Notes: generated from the letters alone by a model not told the origin. Counted from the first letter of the stretch, positions 1 through 12,891 are shown. The stretch: 53,965 nt of DNA from Prorocentrum cordatum (GCA_963575745.1 CAUYUJ010000278.1:62001-115965); one strand, 5' to 3'. Program-made: numbers and translations.

Positions 1-1260
1 TTCCCGTGGGCCCGGAGCAAGTGGTTGCGCCGTGGGGCTCCTCGCTGATGGCGACGCGCACGGCAGTTACATTCGCCCGCGGCTTTGGGTTTCGCCTTTG
101 GGGTCGCCCCCCCGCTGAAGCGATTGCAATCATCGACGCAGCCGCCTTCGGCGCGAGCTTCGGACGGCTGGAGGGGGAGCGCGACGGGGTGGGTCTGGCA
201 CCCCCTCGCTACGATGCGCGCGCATGGCTGCGGCAGCACCTCCATGGCAGAGCCCGTGGAATGCCTCGGGGGGGCCCTCTGGCAGCGCTGGGAGAGCGCC
301 TGGGGTTTCCCCCAAGAGCCCCGGGACCGCCTGGAACCGCCTGGGCGCGCTTGGGAGCGCGCGGGAGCGCATGGGAACGCTGCGTGGCACCTTGGAGCGC
401 TTGTCGGTGCTTAAGAGCGCGTGGGAATACTTGGGCGCCTGGGAGCGCCGGGGGGCGCTTAGGAACGCTTCGGAGCTGTGGCAGCGCTGGGAACGCTGGG
501 GAGCGCCTGCGAGCGCCTGGGAGCGCGCCAGGAGCGTGCCGGGAGCGCTTGGGAGCGCCTGCGAGCGCCTGGGAGCGCCTGGGGGCGTGCCGGGGGCGCT
601 TGGGAGCGCCTGGGAGCGCTTGGGAGCGCAGCCAGCGCGCGCCTGAGAACGCGCCTGGGGGCGTGCCGGGAGCGCCCAGGAGCGCTTGGGAGCGCCTCGG
701 AGCGCCTGGGAGCGCCTGGGAGCGTGCCGAGAGCGCCTGGGGGCAGGCCGGGAGCGCCTGAAGCTCCGTGGAGCGCTTGGGAGCGTGCCGGGAGCGCCTG
801 GGAACGCTTGGAAGCGCCTGGGAGCGCCTGGGAACGCTTGTGAACGCCTGGGGGTGCCTGGGAACGCCTGGGAGCGCCTGGGAACGCCTGGGAGCGCCTG
901 GGAGCGTGCCGGGAGCGCTTGGAGAGTCCTGGGGAGCGCCTGGAGCCTTTGGAAGCGCTTGGAGCGCCGCACGCTGTAATTTCATACGTTTGGAGCACCC
1001 AGGGGGCACCGCATGCTGTATTTTCATAGGTTTGGAGCCCCAGGGGATGTAGCGGACCGCGGCGAACCCGCTTGCTAGGGCTGAGGGTTAGGGGTTCCTT
1101 TTCTTAGGAGAACACCACGGGGATGCACCGCGCGGCGTGCGAATTCCTCCTCAGCGGCTATCGCCGCTGCGTCGGTGCGGCGAACGCCGTATGGGCAGGC
1201 TCGCTGAGCGCTCGGCCAGACGCCACGGGCTTCTGACGATGCACCGCCCGTGGCTTGCAG
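1..1260 (+). mobile_element. Family-A short element, left end outside the window
   Basis: Colinear with 8216-9996 and 10046-11928. Ends hairpin (1222-1254) + TTGCAG|TTTAGGG. Confidence 0.75.
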
Positions 1261-1281
1261 TTTAGGGTTTAGGGTTTAGGG
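1261..1281 (+). repeat. (TTTAGGG)3 spacer tract
   Basis: Read directly. Other short spacers lie at 4543-4577, 6350-6377, 8187-8215 (interrupted), 11929-11949 (degenerate), 12892-12926 and 27895-27929. Confidence 0.95.
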
Positions 1282-3603
1282 TTTTTCCCCCCCATTAGCG
1301 CGTCCCAGGGAGACGCGCGCTGGCTGCGATCCCCCCCACATCAAGGTCGTTGGGGGGGATCGCTGCCCAGGCCGCGCGCGCCGCGGTTAGTCGCACTCCC
1401 GCCCCAGACCACCCAGAGTGAAGCCTTTTAGGGTTTAGGGCTTCTCCCCCCAACCCCCCTATCACGGGGGGCTGTCGAAGTGGTGCGCGCAGGCGATCGC
1501 CGACGCGGCCGTGGCACTGCGCATCCGCTTGAGCATGCGCGCAGGGCGCGCGACGTAGGCGCATCGGCTCGTCGCCTCGTCGAACATGCGGGCACGCGCG
1601 CAGGGTGCATGGCGCTGGCGCGTCAGCTCGCCTCGTCGATGAGGCAGCTGTCGCGCCTTCGGCAGGGGGCATTGCCGTTGGGCTGCCGCTGGCGCAGCAG
1701 ATCCACAGGGGGCCGCATTTGCTTTCGGCGTTGGAAAGCAGCGCTGCGAGGGCGCTGGCGCGGCAATCCCATGGGCCCCCGTGGGCCTCGAGCGAGTAGC
1801 CGCGCCGTCCGGCTCCTCGCTGACGGCGACGCGCACGGCAGTTGTATTCGCCCGCGGCTTTGGGTTTTGCTTTGAGGTCGCCCCCGCTGAAGCGATTGCA
1901 ATCATCAACGCAGACGCTGTCGATGCGAGCTTCGGAAGGCGGGAGGAGGAGCGCGAGGGGGTGGGTCTGGCACCCCCTCGCTACGATGCGCGCGCATGGC
2001 TGCGGCAGCACGTCCATGGCAGACCCCCTGAAATGCCTTGGGGGAGCTCTCTGGGAGCGCTGGGGGAGCGCCTCGACCTTTCCCCAGGATGGAAGCACGT
2101 GGGAGCGTCTGGGAGCGCGACAGGACACGCAGAGTGCACCGCGAGCGCGAGCCGTGAATTGCCCGTTGGGCTTGACCGTTGGCGTCGCCCCCGCTGAAGC
2201 GATTGCATGGTCGACGCAGCCGCCTTCGGCGCGAATTTCGCATGGCTGGAAGGGGGAGCGCGAGGGGGTGGGTCTGGCACCCCCTCGCTACGATGCGCGT
2301 GCATGGCTGCTGCAGCACCTCCATGGCAGACCGCTTGGAATGCCTTGGGAGAGCTCTCTGGGAGCGCTGAGAGAGCGCCTCGAGGTTTCCCCAGGATGGA
2401 AGCACGTGGGAGCGTCTGGGAGCGTGACAGGACACGCAGAGTGCACCGCGAGTGCGGGCCTTGGGAAGTCCATTGGGCAGGACCGTTGGCGTCGCCCCCG
2501 CTGAAGCGATTGCATTGTCGACGCAGCCGCCTTCGGCGCGAATGTCGCATGGCTGGAGAGGGAGCGCGAGGAGGTGGGTCTGGCACCCCCTCGCTACGAT
2601 GCGCGCGCACGGCTGCGGCAGCACCTGCATTGCGGGGGAGCGCCGGGAAGCGCCGCCAGGGAGCGCTGCCGAGTGCTTGCGAATGCATGAAAACGCTTGG
2701 GAGCGCCATGGGACCGCTTGGACTGCTTAAACGCGCTTGGGATCGCTGGGGGGCGCTGGGGACCACCTGCGGGAGCTTGGGAGCGCATGGGAACGCCTGG
2801 GAGCGCTTGGGAGCGCGCTGGGAGCGTGCCGGGAGCGCCTGGGAGCGCGCCGGAGCGCATGGGAGTGCTTCGGAGCGCCCCAGAGCGCTCGGAGGCGCCA
2901 GGGAGCGCGCAGGGAGCGCCTGAGCAGGCTGGGAGCGCCTGGGAGCGTGCAGGGAGCGCTTGGGAGTACCTGGGAGCGCTTGGGAGCGCCAGGGAGCGCC
3001 TGGGAGCGTGCCGGGAGCGTGCCGGGAGCGCCTGAGAGCGCCTGGGAGCGTGCCGGGAGCGCCTGGGAGCGCTTGGGAGCGCTTGGGGGCATGCCGAAAG
3101 CACCGGAGAGCGCTTGGGAGCGCGGGGGAACGCTTGGGAGCGCTGGGAACAGCCTGGGAACACTTGGGAGCGCCTGGGAGCGCCTGGGAGCGCTTGGGGG
3201 CGCTTGGAAGCGCCTGGGATCGCCTGGGAGCGCCTGGGAGCGCTTGGGAGCGCCTGGGAGCGCTTGGGAGCGCCTGGGACGTGCGCCAAGCGAAAGGACG
3301 CCGCATATTGTATTTTCATATGGTTTGCGGCCCCATGGACGGCCGAAAGGGCGCCGCATGCTGTATTTTCATAGGTTTGGAGCCCCAGGGGATGGAGCCG
3401 ACCGTGGGGGAGCCGCAGGCTAGGGCTGAGAGTTAAGGGTTCCTTTCATTGGTCGAACCAGCGGAGCCGTACACGCGCGGCGTGCGCATTCCTCCTCAGC
3501 GCTGCGCGCTTCGTCGGTGCCACGTACGTGGAAATGGGCAGGCTCGCTGAGCGCTCGGCCAGGCGCCACGGGCTACGGACGTTGCACAGCCCGTGGCTTG
3601 CAG
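1282..3603 (+). mobile_element. Family-A non-autonomous element (three ~307-bp internal units)
   Basis: Head hairpin, internal TTTAGGG x2 (1427-1440), units starting ~1879, 2186 and 2493, GGGAGCGCYT minisatellite, right end TTGCAG|TTTAGGG. The first ~30 nt are atypical. Confidence 0.75.
2760..3280. repeat. 10-bp minisatellite (GGGAGCGCYT)n
   Basis: G-rich on + in every family-A copy. Reverse-complemented in family C (3878-4318, 12158-12600, 28138-28582). Confidence 0.93.
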
Positions 3604-3667
3604 TTTAGGGTTTAGGGTTTATGGGTTTAGGGTTTAGGGTTTAGGGTTTAGGGTTTAGGGTTTAGGG
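3604..3667 (+). repeat. (TTTAGGG)~9 telomeric tract
   Basis: Read directly. Confidence 0.97.
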
Positions 3668-4209
3668 CTTCTCGGGCGCGCAGCGGCCGACAGTCCAGGC
3701 AATGCTGCCCCCTCTTCGGCGAGCTTGATTGGGGGGGCGGTTAGCCGACCCGAGCAAGCTTGGCGAAGGGGGCAGGAGGTGCAACATCTTCCCACCCCCG
3801 GCCGCATGGCCGGCAACCTCCCAAACTAAAGCCTTTTAGGGTTTAGGGCCGCTGGCCCCTAAATTCCCAAATGCATTCCAAGCGCTCCCAAGCGCTCCCT
3901 GGCGCTCCCAGACGCTCCCAGGCGCTCCCAAGCGCTCTCAGGCGCTCCCAGGCGCTCCCCGGCGCTTCCAGGCGCTCCCGGCGCGTCCCGAAGCGCTCCC
4001 AAGCGCTCCCAGGCGCTCCCTGGCAATCCCAAGCGCTCCCAGGCGTTCCCAAGCGCTCCCAGGCGCTCCTGGGCGCTCCCAGGCGCTCCCAAGCGCTTCC
4101 GGCGCGTTCCCAGGCGCTCCCAAGCGCTCCCAGACGCTTCCAGGCGCTCCCTGGCGCTCCCCGGCGCTACCCGGCGCTCCCGGCACGCTTCCAAGCGCTC
4201 CGAAGCGCC

Positions 4210-4240
<31 letters not shown>

Positions 4241-4274
4241 CCAGACGCTCCCAGGCGCTTCCAAGCGTTCCAAG

Positions 4275-4307
<33 letters not shown>

Positions 4308-4542
4308 TCCCAGGCGTCACTCAGAAGAAAAGGTCTTTGGGTTTAGGGTGTTGTAATCGTTGAGGATCAGGGGATGGTTTATCGTTGAAGCGCGAATCCC
4401 CAAAAGAGGGGGAGGGCAGCAGCAAAAGCTGCCACAAACACTCGGGCTACATGCTCAAGCATCTCAGAGATGCCCTGTCTCTCGTAGACGGCGACGGTGA
4501 TGCGCGGTGGGGTGGGCAGAAGCACAACGAGGTGCTTGGGAA
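3668..4542 (+). mobile_element. Family-C non-autonomous element
   Basis: Same ends as 11950-12891 and 27930-28808. Internal TTTAGGG x2 (3835-3848), C-rich 10-mer array, right end AAGCAC-AACGAG-GTGCTT-GGGAA|TTTAGGG. Confidence 0.7.
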
Positions 4543-4577
4543 TTTAGGGTTTAGGGTTTAGGGTTTAGGGTTTAGGG

Positions 4578-6349
4578 CTTCTGCGCAGAACCATCCTGTC
4601 CCCCCCTCCTCAGGAGGTAGGGGGGGATGGATGGATGCGTTCTGTCCCACCCCATCCACCCAGAGTCATTGCTTTTAGGGTTTAGGGATCTACCCCCCAC
4701 GCTCCCCCCTATCAAGGGGGGAAGGAGTGCTGGCGTCAGCCTGAGTGAGTGATGTGCGTCCCAGAAACACGCGTGAAGCGTAACAAGCAGGTCGGGTCGG
4801 GTCGAGCGCACTCGAGGGTTCGCCCGACTTCAACGTGCTTTGCATAGCATTGTGGTGGTTTACATAGCGGAAATAGAGATCCCCATAGCAGGCTCGATGA
4901 AGGGGCGCGCCTGGGAGCACGCATGATCAGTTTATAATATTTCTTACATAGGATTCTGATGGTTTACGTAGCGGGACGTAAAGATCACCATAGCAGGCTC
5001 GATCCAGGGGCGCGCCTGGGAGGCCGCATGATCAATTCATAATATTTTTGGCATAGGATTGTGGAGGGGGCCGTGAAGATCCGCATAGCAGGCTCGATCC
5101 AGGGGCGCAGGAAAGACGCGTGATCAGTTTATATTATGTTTTGCATAGGATTGTTTGCATAGCGGGACGTAAAGATCCGCATAGCAGGCTCGATCCAGGG
5201 GCGCGCCTGGGAGCACGCATGATCATTTTATAATATTTTTTGCATAGTATTGTGGAGGGGGCCGTGAAGATCCGCATGGCAGGCTCGATCCAGGAGCGCG
5301 CGTGGAAACACGCGTGATCAATTTATATTATGGTTTGCATAGGATTGTTTGCATAGCGGGACGTAAAGATCTCCATAGCAGGATCGATCCAGGGGCGCGC
5401 CTAGGAGCACGCGTGATCAGTTTATACTATTTTTTGCATAGGATTGCGGAGGGGGCCGTGAAGATCCGCATAGCAGGCTCGATCCAGGTGCGCGCGTGGA
5501 AACATGCGTGATCAGTTTAGTTTATGTTTGGCATAGGTTTGACATAGCAAACGTAAAGATCACCATAGCAGGCTCGATCCAGGGGCGCGGGGGCCGTGAA
5601 GATCTGCATAGCAGGCTCGATCCAGAAACGCGCTCGGGGAGAGCGTGGGGAGAGCTCCGGGGAAGAGCTGCCGGGGAGAGCTCTGGGGGAGAGCTCTGGG
5701 GGAGAGCTCTGGGCGAGAGCTCTGGGGGAAAGCTCTGGGGGGAGCTCTGGGGGAGAGCTCTGGGGAAGCTCTGGGGGAGGAGCTCCGGGTGGGAGCTCTG
5801 GGGGTACAGAGCTCTGGGAGAGAAGCTCTGGGAGAGAGCTCTGGGGGAGAGCTCTGGGGGAGAGCTCTGGGGGAGAGCTCTGGGGGAAAGCTCTGGGGGA
5901 GAGCTCTGGGGGAGAGCTTTGGGGGAGAGCTCTGGGGGAAAGCTCTGGGGGAGAGCTCTGGGGGGGAGCTCTGGGGGAGAGCTCTGGGGGAGAGCTCTGG
6001 GGGAGAGCTCTGGGGGGAAGCTCTGGGGGAGAGCTCTGGGGGAGAGCTCCGGGGGAGAGCTCCGGGGGAGAGCTCTGCGGGAGAGCTCTGGGGGAGAGCT
6101 CTGGGGGAGAGCTCTGGGGGAGAGCTCTGGGGGAGAGCTCTGGGGGACAGCTCTGGGGGAGAGCTCTGGGCGAGAAGCCGAGCGGTATCTCCGAGCATCC
6201 GGCCGAGGGTTAGGGGTTATCATTGTGCAAGCGAAGCACCGCCTCGGGCCGGCAAGGCTATGGGCCGCGGTGAGCTCGACTTGCAGCTCGCTCTCACTAG
6301 CAGATCCTTACAGGCGTGGCGGTGCGCGCCCCCAGGTCCGCGCCTGCAG
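4578..6349 (+). mobile_element. Family-B non-autonomous element
   Basis: Head CTTCTGCGCAGAACC, internal TTTAGGG x2 (4674-4687), ~96-bp repeats with core CATAGCAGGCTCGATCCAGG, 13-mer array, right end CAGGCGTGG..CCGCGCCTG-CAG|TTTAGGG. Confidence 0.75.
5636..6170. repeat. 13-bp minisatellite (GGGGGAGAGCTCT)n
   Basis: Read directly. Also at ~7450-8005, 33685-34228 and 35620-36050, always in family-B elements. Confidence 0.95.
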
Positions 6350-6377
6350 TTTAGGGTTTAGGGTTTAGGGTTTAGGG

Positions 6378-8186
6378 CTTCTGCGCAGAACCATCCTATC
6401 CCCCCTTCCTCAGGAGGTGGGGGGGGATGGATGGATGCGTTCTGTCCCACCCCATCCACCCAGAGTCATTGCTTTTAGGGTTTAGGGATCTACCCCCCAC
6501 GCTCCCCCCTATCAAGGGGGGAAGGAGTGCTGGCGTCAGCCTGAGTGAGTGATGTGCATCCCAGAAACACGCGTGAACCGTAACAAGCAGGTCGGGTCGG
6601 GTCGAGCGCACTCGAGGGTTCGCCCGACTTCAACGTGCTTTGCATAGCATTGCGGTGGTTTACATAGCGGAAATAAAGATCCCCATAGCAGGCTCGATGA
6701 AAGGGGCGCGCCTGGGAGCACGCATGATCAGTTTATAATATTTCTTGCGTAGGATTGTGATGGTTTACGTAGCGGGACGTAAAGATCACAATAGCAGGCT
6801 CGATCCAGCGGCGCGCCTGGGAGGCCGCATGATCAATTCATAATATTTTTGGCATGGGATTGTGGAGGGGGCCGCGAAGATCCGCGTAGCAGGCTCGATC
6901 CAGGGGCGCAGGAAACACGCGTGATCAGTTTCCATCATGTTTTGCATAGGATTGTTTGCATAGCGGGACGTAAAGACCCCCATGGCAGGTTCGATCCAGG
7001 GGCGCGCCTGGGAGCACGCATGACTATTTTATAATATTTTTTGCATAGGATTGCGGAGGGGGCCGCGGAGATCCGCATAGCAGGCTCGACCCAGGAGCGC
7101 GCGTGGAAACACGCGCGGTCGGTTTATATTATGTTTTGCAGAGGATTGCTTGCATAGCGGGACGTAAAGATCCCCATAGCAGGCTCGATCCAGGGGCGCG
7201 CCTAGGAGCACGCGCGATCAGTTTATAGTATTTTTTGCATGGGATTGCGGAGGGGGCCGTGAAGATCCGCATAGCAGGCTCGATCCAGGGGCGCGTGTGG
7301 AAACACGCGTGATCAGTTTAGTTTATGTTTTGCATAGGTTTGACATAGCAAACGTAAAGATCACCATAGCAGGCTCGATCCAGGGGTGCGGGGGCCGTGA
7401 AGATCCGCATAGCAGGCTCGATCCAGAAACGCGCTTGGGGGGAGCGCTGCGGGAGAGCTCTGGGGGAGAGCACCGGGTGAGAGCTCCGGGGGAGAGCTCT
7501 GGGGGAGAGCTCTGGGGGGGACTCTGGGGAGAGCTAGTGGGGAGAGCTTCTGGGAGATAGGCTCTGGGGGGGAGCTCTGTGGGGGTGTGCTCTGGTGAGA
7601 GCTCTGGGGGAGAGCTCTGGGGTAGAAGCTCTGGGAGAGAGCTCTGGGAGGAGCTCTGGGGGAGAGCTCTGGGAGAGCTCTCCTGGGGAGAGCTCTGGAG
7701 AAAGCTCTGGGAGAGCTCTGGGGTAGAGCCTGGGTAGAGCTTTGGGGGAAAGCTCTGGGGGAGAGCTCTGGGGAGAAGCTCTGGGATAAGCTCTGGGGGA
7801 GAGCTCTGGGGGAGAGCTCTGGGGAGAGCTCTGGGGGAGAGCTCTGGGGGAGAGCTCCGGGGGAGAGCTCTGGGGGAGAGCTCTGGGGGAGAGCTCTGGG
7901 GGAGAGCTCTGGGGGAAAGCTCTGGGGGAGAGCTCTGGGGGGGAGCTCTGGGGGAGAGCTCTGGGGGGGAGCTCTGGGGGAGAGCTCCGGGGGAGAGCTC
8001 CGGGGAAGGCCGAGCGGTATCCGCGAGCATCCGGCCCCGGGTTAGGGGTTATCATTGTGCAAGCGAAGCACCGCCTCGGGCCGGATGGGGGGCCCTTATG
8101 GTCGCGGTGAGCTCGCTTGCAGCAGCTCGCTCTCACTAGCGAATCTACAGGCGTGGCGGTGGCGCGCCCCCAGTCCGCGCCTGCAG
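6378..8186 (+). mobile_element. Family-B non-autonomous element
   Basis: Colinear diverged copy of 4578-6349. Internal TTTAGGG x2 at 6474-6487. Confidence 0.75.
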
Positions 8187-8215
8187 TTTAGGGCGTCTCG
8201 GTTTAAAATTTAGGG

Positions 8216-9455
8216 CCTGCATTAGAGAAAGCGCACGCTGGCTGCGATCCCCCCCGCATCAAGGTTGTTTGGGGGGATCGCTGCCCAGGCCGCGCGCGCC
8301 ACGGTTAGTCGCACTCCCGCCCCAGACCACCCAGAGTGAAGCCTTTTAGGGTTTTGGGTTTCTCCCCCCAACCCCCCTATCACGGGGGGCTGTCGAAGTG
8401 GCGCGCGCAGGCGATCGCCGACGCGGCCGTGGCATTGCGCATCCACTTGAGCATGCGCGCAGGGCGCGTGTCGTAGGCGCGTCGGCTCGTCGCCCCGTCG
8501 AAGAGGCAGCCTTTGGCGATTTCGGCGTTGAGCTTCGCCGTTGGGCTGCCGCTGGCGCAGCATGTCCATGCGTTGCCGCCTTTGCCTTCGGCGCTGGGTT
8601 GTGACACTGGGCTGTGAATGCAAGGATGCGCGCGTGCGGCCGCGGCGGTAGCAATGCGCGCCGATGCGAGCACGCGCGCAGGGTGCATGGCGCTGGCGCG
8701 TCAGGTCGCCTCGTCGATGAAGCAGCCGTTTGCACCGTCGGCGTGGAGCTTCGCCGGTGGGCTGCCGCTGGCGCAGCAGTTCCACAGGGGTGCGGCATTT
8801 GCCTTCGGCATTGGAAAGCAGCACTGCGAAGGCGCTGGCGCGGCAATCCCATGGCCCCCAGTGGGCCTCGAGCGAGTGGTTGCGCCGTCGGGCTCCTCGC
8901 TGACGGCGACGCGCACGGCAGTTACATTCGCCCGCGGCTTTGGGTTTCGCTTTTGGTGTCGCCCCCCCGCTGAAGCGATTGCAATCGTCGACGCAGCCGC
9001 CTTCGGCGCGAGCTTCGGACGGCTGGAAGGGGGGCGCGAGGGGGTGGGTCTGGCACCCCCATCGCTACGATGCGCGCGCATGGCTGCGGCAGCACCTCCA
9101 TGGCAGAGCCCGTGGAATGCCTTGGGGGGGCCCTCTGGCAGCGCCTGGAGCTGCCCCCGGGAGCCCTGGGACCGCCTGGAACTGCCTGGGCACGCTTGGG
9201 GGCGCGCGGGAGCGCATGGCAGCGCTGCGTGGCGCCTTGGAGCGCTTGCGCGTGCTTAAGAGTGCGTGGGAATGCATGGGCGCCTGGGAGCACCTGGGAG
9301 CGCCTGGGAGCGCTTAGGAGCGCTAAAAAGTTGCGGCAGCGCTGGGAACGCTGGGGAGCGCCTGCGAGCGCCTGGGAGCGCGCCAAGAGCGTGCCGGGAG
9401 CGCTTGGGAGCGCCGGCGAGCGCTTGGGAGCGCCTGGGTGCGTGCCGGGAGCGCT

Positions 9456-9486
<31 letters not shown>

Positions 9487-9996
9487 CCAGCGCGTTCCCA
9501 ATGCCGAGAGCGCCTGGGGGCGTGCCGGGAGCGCCTGAAGCGCCATGGAGCGCTTGGGAGCGTGCCGGGAGCGCTTGGGAAAGCTTGGAAGCGCCTGGGA
9601 GCGTCTGGGAGCGCCTGGGAGCGCCTGGGAACGCCTGGGAGCGCCTGGGAGCGTGCCGGGAGCGCTTGGGGGGTCCCTGGGAGCGCCTGGAACGTCTGGG
9701 AGCGCCTGGAGCGCCGCATGCTGTAATTTCATAGGTTTAACGCACCCAGAGAGCACCGCATGCTGTATTTTCATAAGTTTGGAGCCCCAGGGGATGTAGG
9801 CGGCGCGCAGGGAACCCGCTGGGTTAAGGGTTCCTTTTCTTAAGAGAACACCACGGGGATGCACCGCGCGGCGTGCGAATTCCTCCTCAGCGGCTATCGC
9901 CGCTTCGTCGGTGCGGCGCACGCTGCATGGGCAGGCTCGCTGAGCGCTCGGCCAGGCGCCACGGGCTACTGACGTTGCACCGCCCGTGGCTTGCAG
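8216..9996 (+). mobile_element. Family-A non-autonomous element
   Basis: TTTAGGG|CCTGCATTAGAG start, internal dimer 8345-8358 (second unit TTTTGGG), TTGCAG|TTTAGGG end. Confidence 0.78.
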
Positions 9997-10045
9997 TTTA
10001 GGGTTTAGGGTTTAGGGTTTAGGGTTTAGGGTTTAGGGTTTAGGG
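9997..10045 (+). repeat. (TTTAGGG)7 telomeric tract
   Basis: Read directly. Confidence 0.97.
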
Positions 10046-11519
10046 CCTGCATTAGAGAAAGCGCGCGCTGGCTGCGATCCCCCCCACATCGAGGTTGTTG
10101 GGGGGGATCGCTGCCCAGGCCGCGCGCGCCACGGTTAGTCGCACTCCCGCCCCAGACCACCCAGAGTGAAGCCTTTTAGGGTTTAGGGTTTCCCCCCCCA
10201 ACCCCCCTATCACGGGGGGCTGTCGAAGTGGTGCGCGCAGGCGATCGCCGACGCGGCCGCGGCACTGCGCATCCACTTGAGCATGCGCGCAGGGCGCGTG
10301 ACGTAGGCGCGTCGGCTCGTCGCCTCGTCGAAGAGGCAGCCTTTTGCGATTTCGGCGTTGAGCTTCGCCGTTGGGCTGCCGCTGGCGCAGCATGTCCATG
10401 CGTTGCTGCATGTGCCTTCGGCACTGGGTTGCGACACTGGGCCGTGAATGTTGGGATGCGCGCGTGCGGCCGCGGCCTCAGCAATGCGCGCCGATGCGAG
10501 CACGCGCGCAGGGTGCATGGCGCTGGCGCGTCAGGTCGCCTCGTCGATGAGGCAGCCGTTTGCACCTTCGGCGTGGAGCGTCGCCGGTGGGCTGCCGCTG
10601 GCGCAGCAGTTCCACAGGGGTCCGGCATCTGCCTTCGGCATTGGAAAGCAGCACTGCGAAGGCGCTGGCGCGGCAATCCCATGGTTTCCCGTGGGCCTGG
10701 AGCGAGTGGTTGCGCCGTCGGGCTCCTCGCTGACGGCGACGCGTACGGCAGTTACATTCGCCCGCGGCTTTGGGTTTCGATTTTTGGGTTCGCCCTCCCG
10801 CTGAAGCGATTGCAATCATCGACGCAGCCGCCTTCGGCGCGAGCTTCGGACGGCTGGAGGGGGAGCGCGAGGGGGTGGGTCTGGCACCCCCTCGCTACGA
10901 TGCGCGCGCATGGCTGCGGCAGCACCACCATGGCAGAGCCCGTGGAATTCCTTGGGGGGGCCCTCTGGCAGCGCTGGGAGAGCGCCTGGAGCTTCCCCCT
11001 GGGGCCGCCTGGGACCGCCTGGGCACGCTTGGGAGCGCGCGGGAGCGCATGGGAGCGCCGCGTGGCGCCTTGGAGCGCTTGTGGGTGCTTAAGAGCGCGT
11101 GGGAATGCTTGCGCGCCTGGGAGCACCTGGGAGCGCCAGGGAGCGCTTAGGAGCGCTTCGGAGTCGTGGCAGCGCTGGGAACGCTGGGGAGCGCCTGGGA
11201 GCGCGCCAGGAGCGTGCCGGGAGCGCTTGGGAGCGCCTGCGAGCGCCGGGAGCGCTTGGGGGCGTGCCAGGAGCGCTTGGGAGCGCCTGGGAGCGCCTGG
11301 GAGCACGCGCCTGGGAACGCGCTTGGGAGCGTGCCGGGAGCGCCCAGGAGCGCTTGGGAGCGCTTGGGAGCGCGTGGGAGCCCCTGGAACCGTGCCGAGA
11401 GCGCCTGGGAGCGTGCCGGGAGCGCCTGAAGCGCCGTGGAGCGCTTGGGAGCGTGCCCCGAGCGCGTGGGAAAGCTCGGAAGCGCCTGGGAGCTCTTGGG
11501 AGCGCCTGGGAGCGCTTGG

Positions 11520-11551
<32 letters not shown>

Positions 11552-11928
11552 ACGCGTGGGAGCGCCTGGGAGCGTGCCGGGAGCGCTTGGAGAGTCCTTG
11601 GGAGCGCCTGGAGCGTTTGGAAGCGCTTGGAGCGCCGCATGCGGTAATTTCATACGTTTGGAGCACCCAGGGAGCGCCGCATTGTGTATTTTCATAGGTT
11701 TGGAGCCCCAGGGGATGTAGCGGACCGCGGCGAACCCGCTTGCTAGGGCTGAGGGTTAGGGGTTCTTTTTCTTGGGAGAACACCACGGGGATGCACCGCG
11801 CGGCGTGCGAAGGCCTCCTCAGCGGCTATCGCCGCTTCGTCGGTGCGGCGAACGCCGCATGGGCAGGCTCGCTGAGCGCTCGGCCAGGCGCCACGGGCTT
11901 CTGACGATGCACCGCCCGTGGCTTGCAG
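10046..11928 (+). mobile_element. Family-A non-autonomous element
   Basis: TTTAGGG|CCTGCATTAGAG start, internal dimer 10175-10188, TTGCAG|TTTAGGG end. Confidence 0.78.
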
Positions 11929-11949
11929 TTTAGGGTTTAAGGTTCAGGG

Positions 11950-12307
11950 CTTCTCTTAGCGCAGCGGCCGACAGTCCAGGCAATGCTGCCCCCCCTTCGG
12001 CAAGCTTGATTGGGGGGGCGGTTGGCCGACCCGAGCAAGCTTGGCGAAGGGGGCAGGAGGTGCAACATCTTCCCACCCCCGGCCGCATGGCCGGCAACCT
12101 CTCAAACTAAAGCCTTTTAGGGTTTAGGGCCGTTGGCCCCTAAATTCCCAAATGCATTCCAAGCGCTCCCAGGCGCTCCCTGGCGCTCCCAGGCGCTCCC
12201 TGGCGCTCGCAAGCGCTCTCAAGCGCTCCCAGGCGCTCCCCGGCGCTCCCACGCGCTCCCGGCGCGTTCCGAAGCGCTCCCAAGCGCTCCCGGGAGCTCC
12301 CTGGCGA

Positions 12308-12339
<32 letters not shown>

Positions 12340-12891
12340 CCGAGCGCTCCCAGGCGCTCCCTGGCGCTCCCCGGCGCTCCCCGGCGCTCGCAGGCGCTCC
12401 CAAGCGTCCCAGGCGCTCCACGGCGCTCCCCGGCGCTCCCAAGCGCTCCCCGGCGCTCCCAGGCGCTCCCCGGCGCTCCTCCCAGGCGCTCCCCGGCGCT
12501 CCCTCCCAAGCGCTCCCAGGCGCTTCCCAAGCGCTCCCAGGCGCTCCTAGGCGCCCCCAGGCGCTCCCAAGCGCTCCCAAGCGCTCCCAGGCGCTCCCAA
12601 GTGCGCCCAGAAGCGCTTAGAGCGCCCCACACGTGTTTTTACGTGTCGGAGACATGTAGGGGGACATCCGAGGACGAAAGGTCCCCAGGTTTAGGGTGTT
12701 GTACTCTTCGAAGATCAAGCATGGTTTATCTTTGCATCGTAGATCCCCAAGCGTGGGGTTAGGTAGCCCTAGGCTACCAGGACGACCCAGTCGGGCAACC
12801 AGCTGAAGCATCTCAGAGAAGCCCTGTCTCTCGTAGACGGCGACGGTGAGGCGCGGTGGGGTGGGCAGAAGCACAACGAGGTGCTTGGGAA
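11950..12891 (+). mobile_element. Family-C non-autonomous element
   Basis: Same head and right end as 3668-4542. Internal dimer 12116-12129. Confidence 0.7.

Noticed and set aside
1222..1260. CTGACGA in the family-A terminal loop as a hammerhead ribozyme core (Penelope/Athena-like)
   Set aside because: No GAAA or stem II/III follows, the motif is altered in the 3603 and 9996 copies, and no reverse transcriptase is present in the window.
8187..8215. CGTCTCGGTTTAAAA inside a telomeric spacer as a mini-element
   Set aside because: Single occurrence next to an indel-rich element end; more likely local sequence error or decay.
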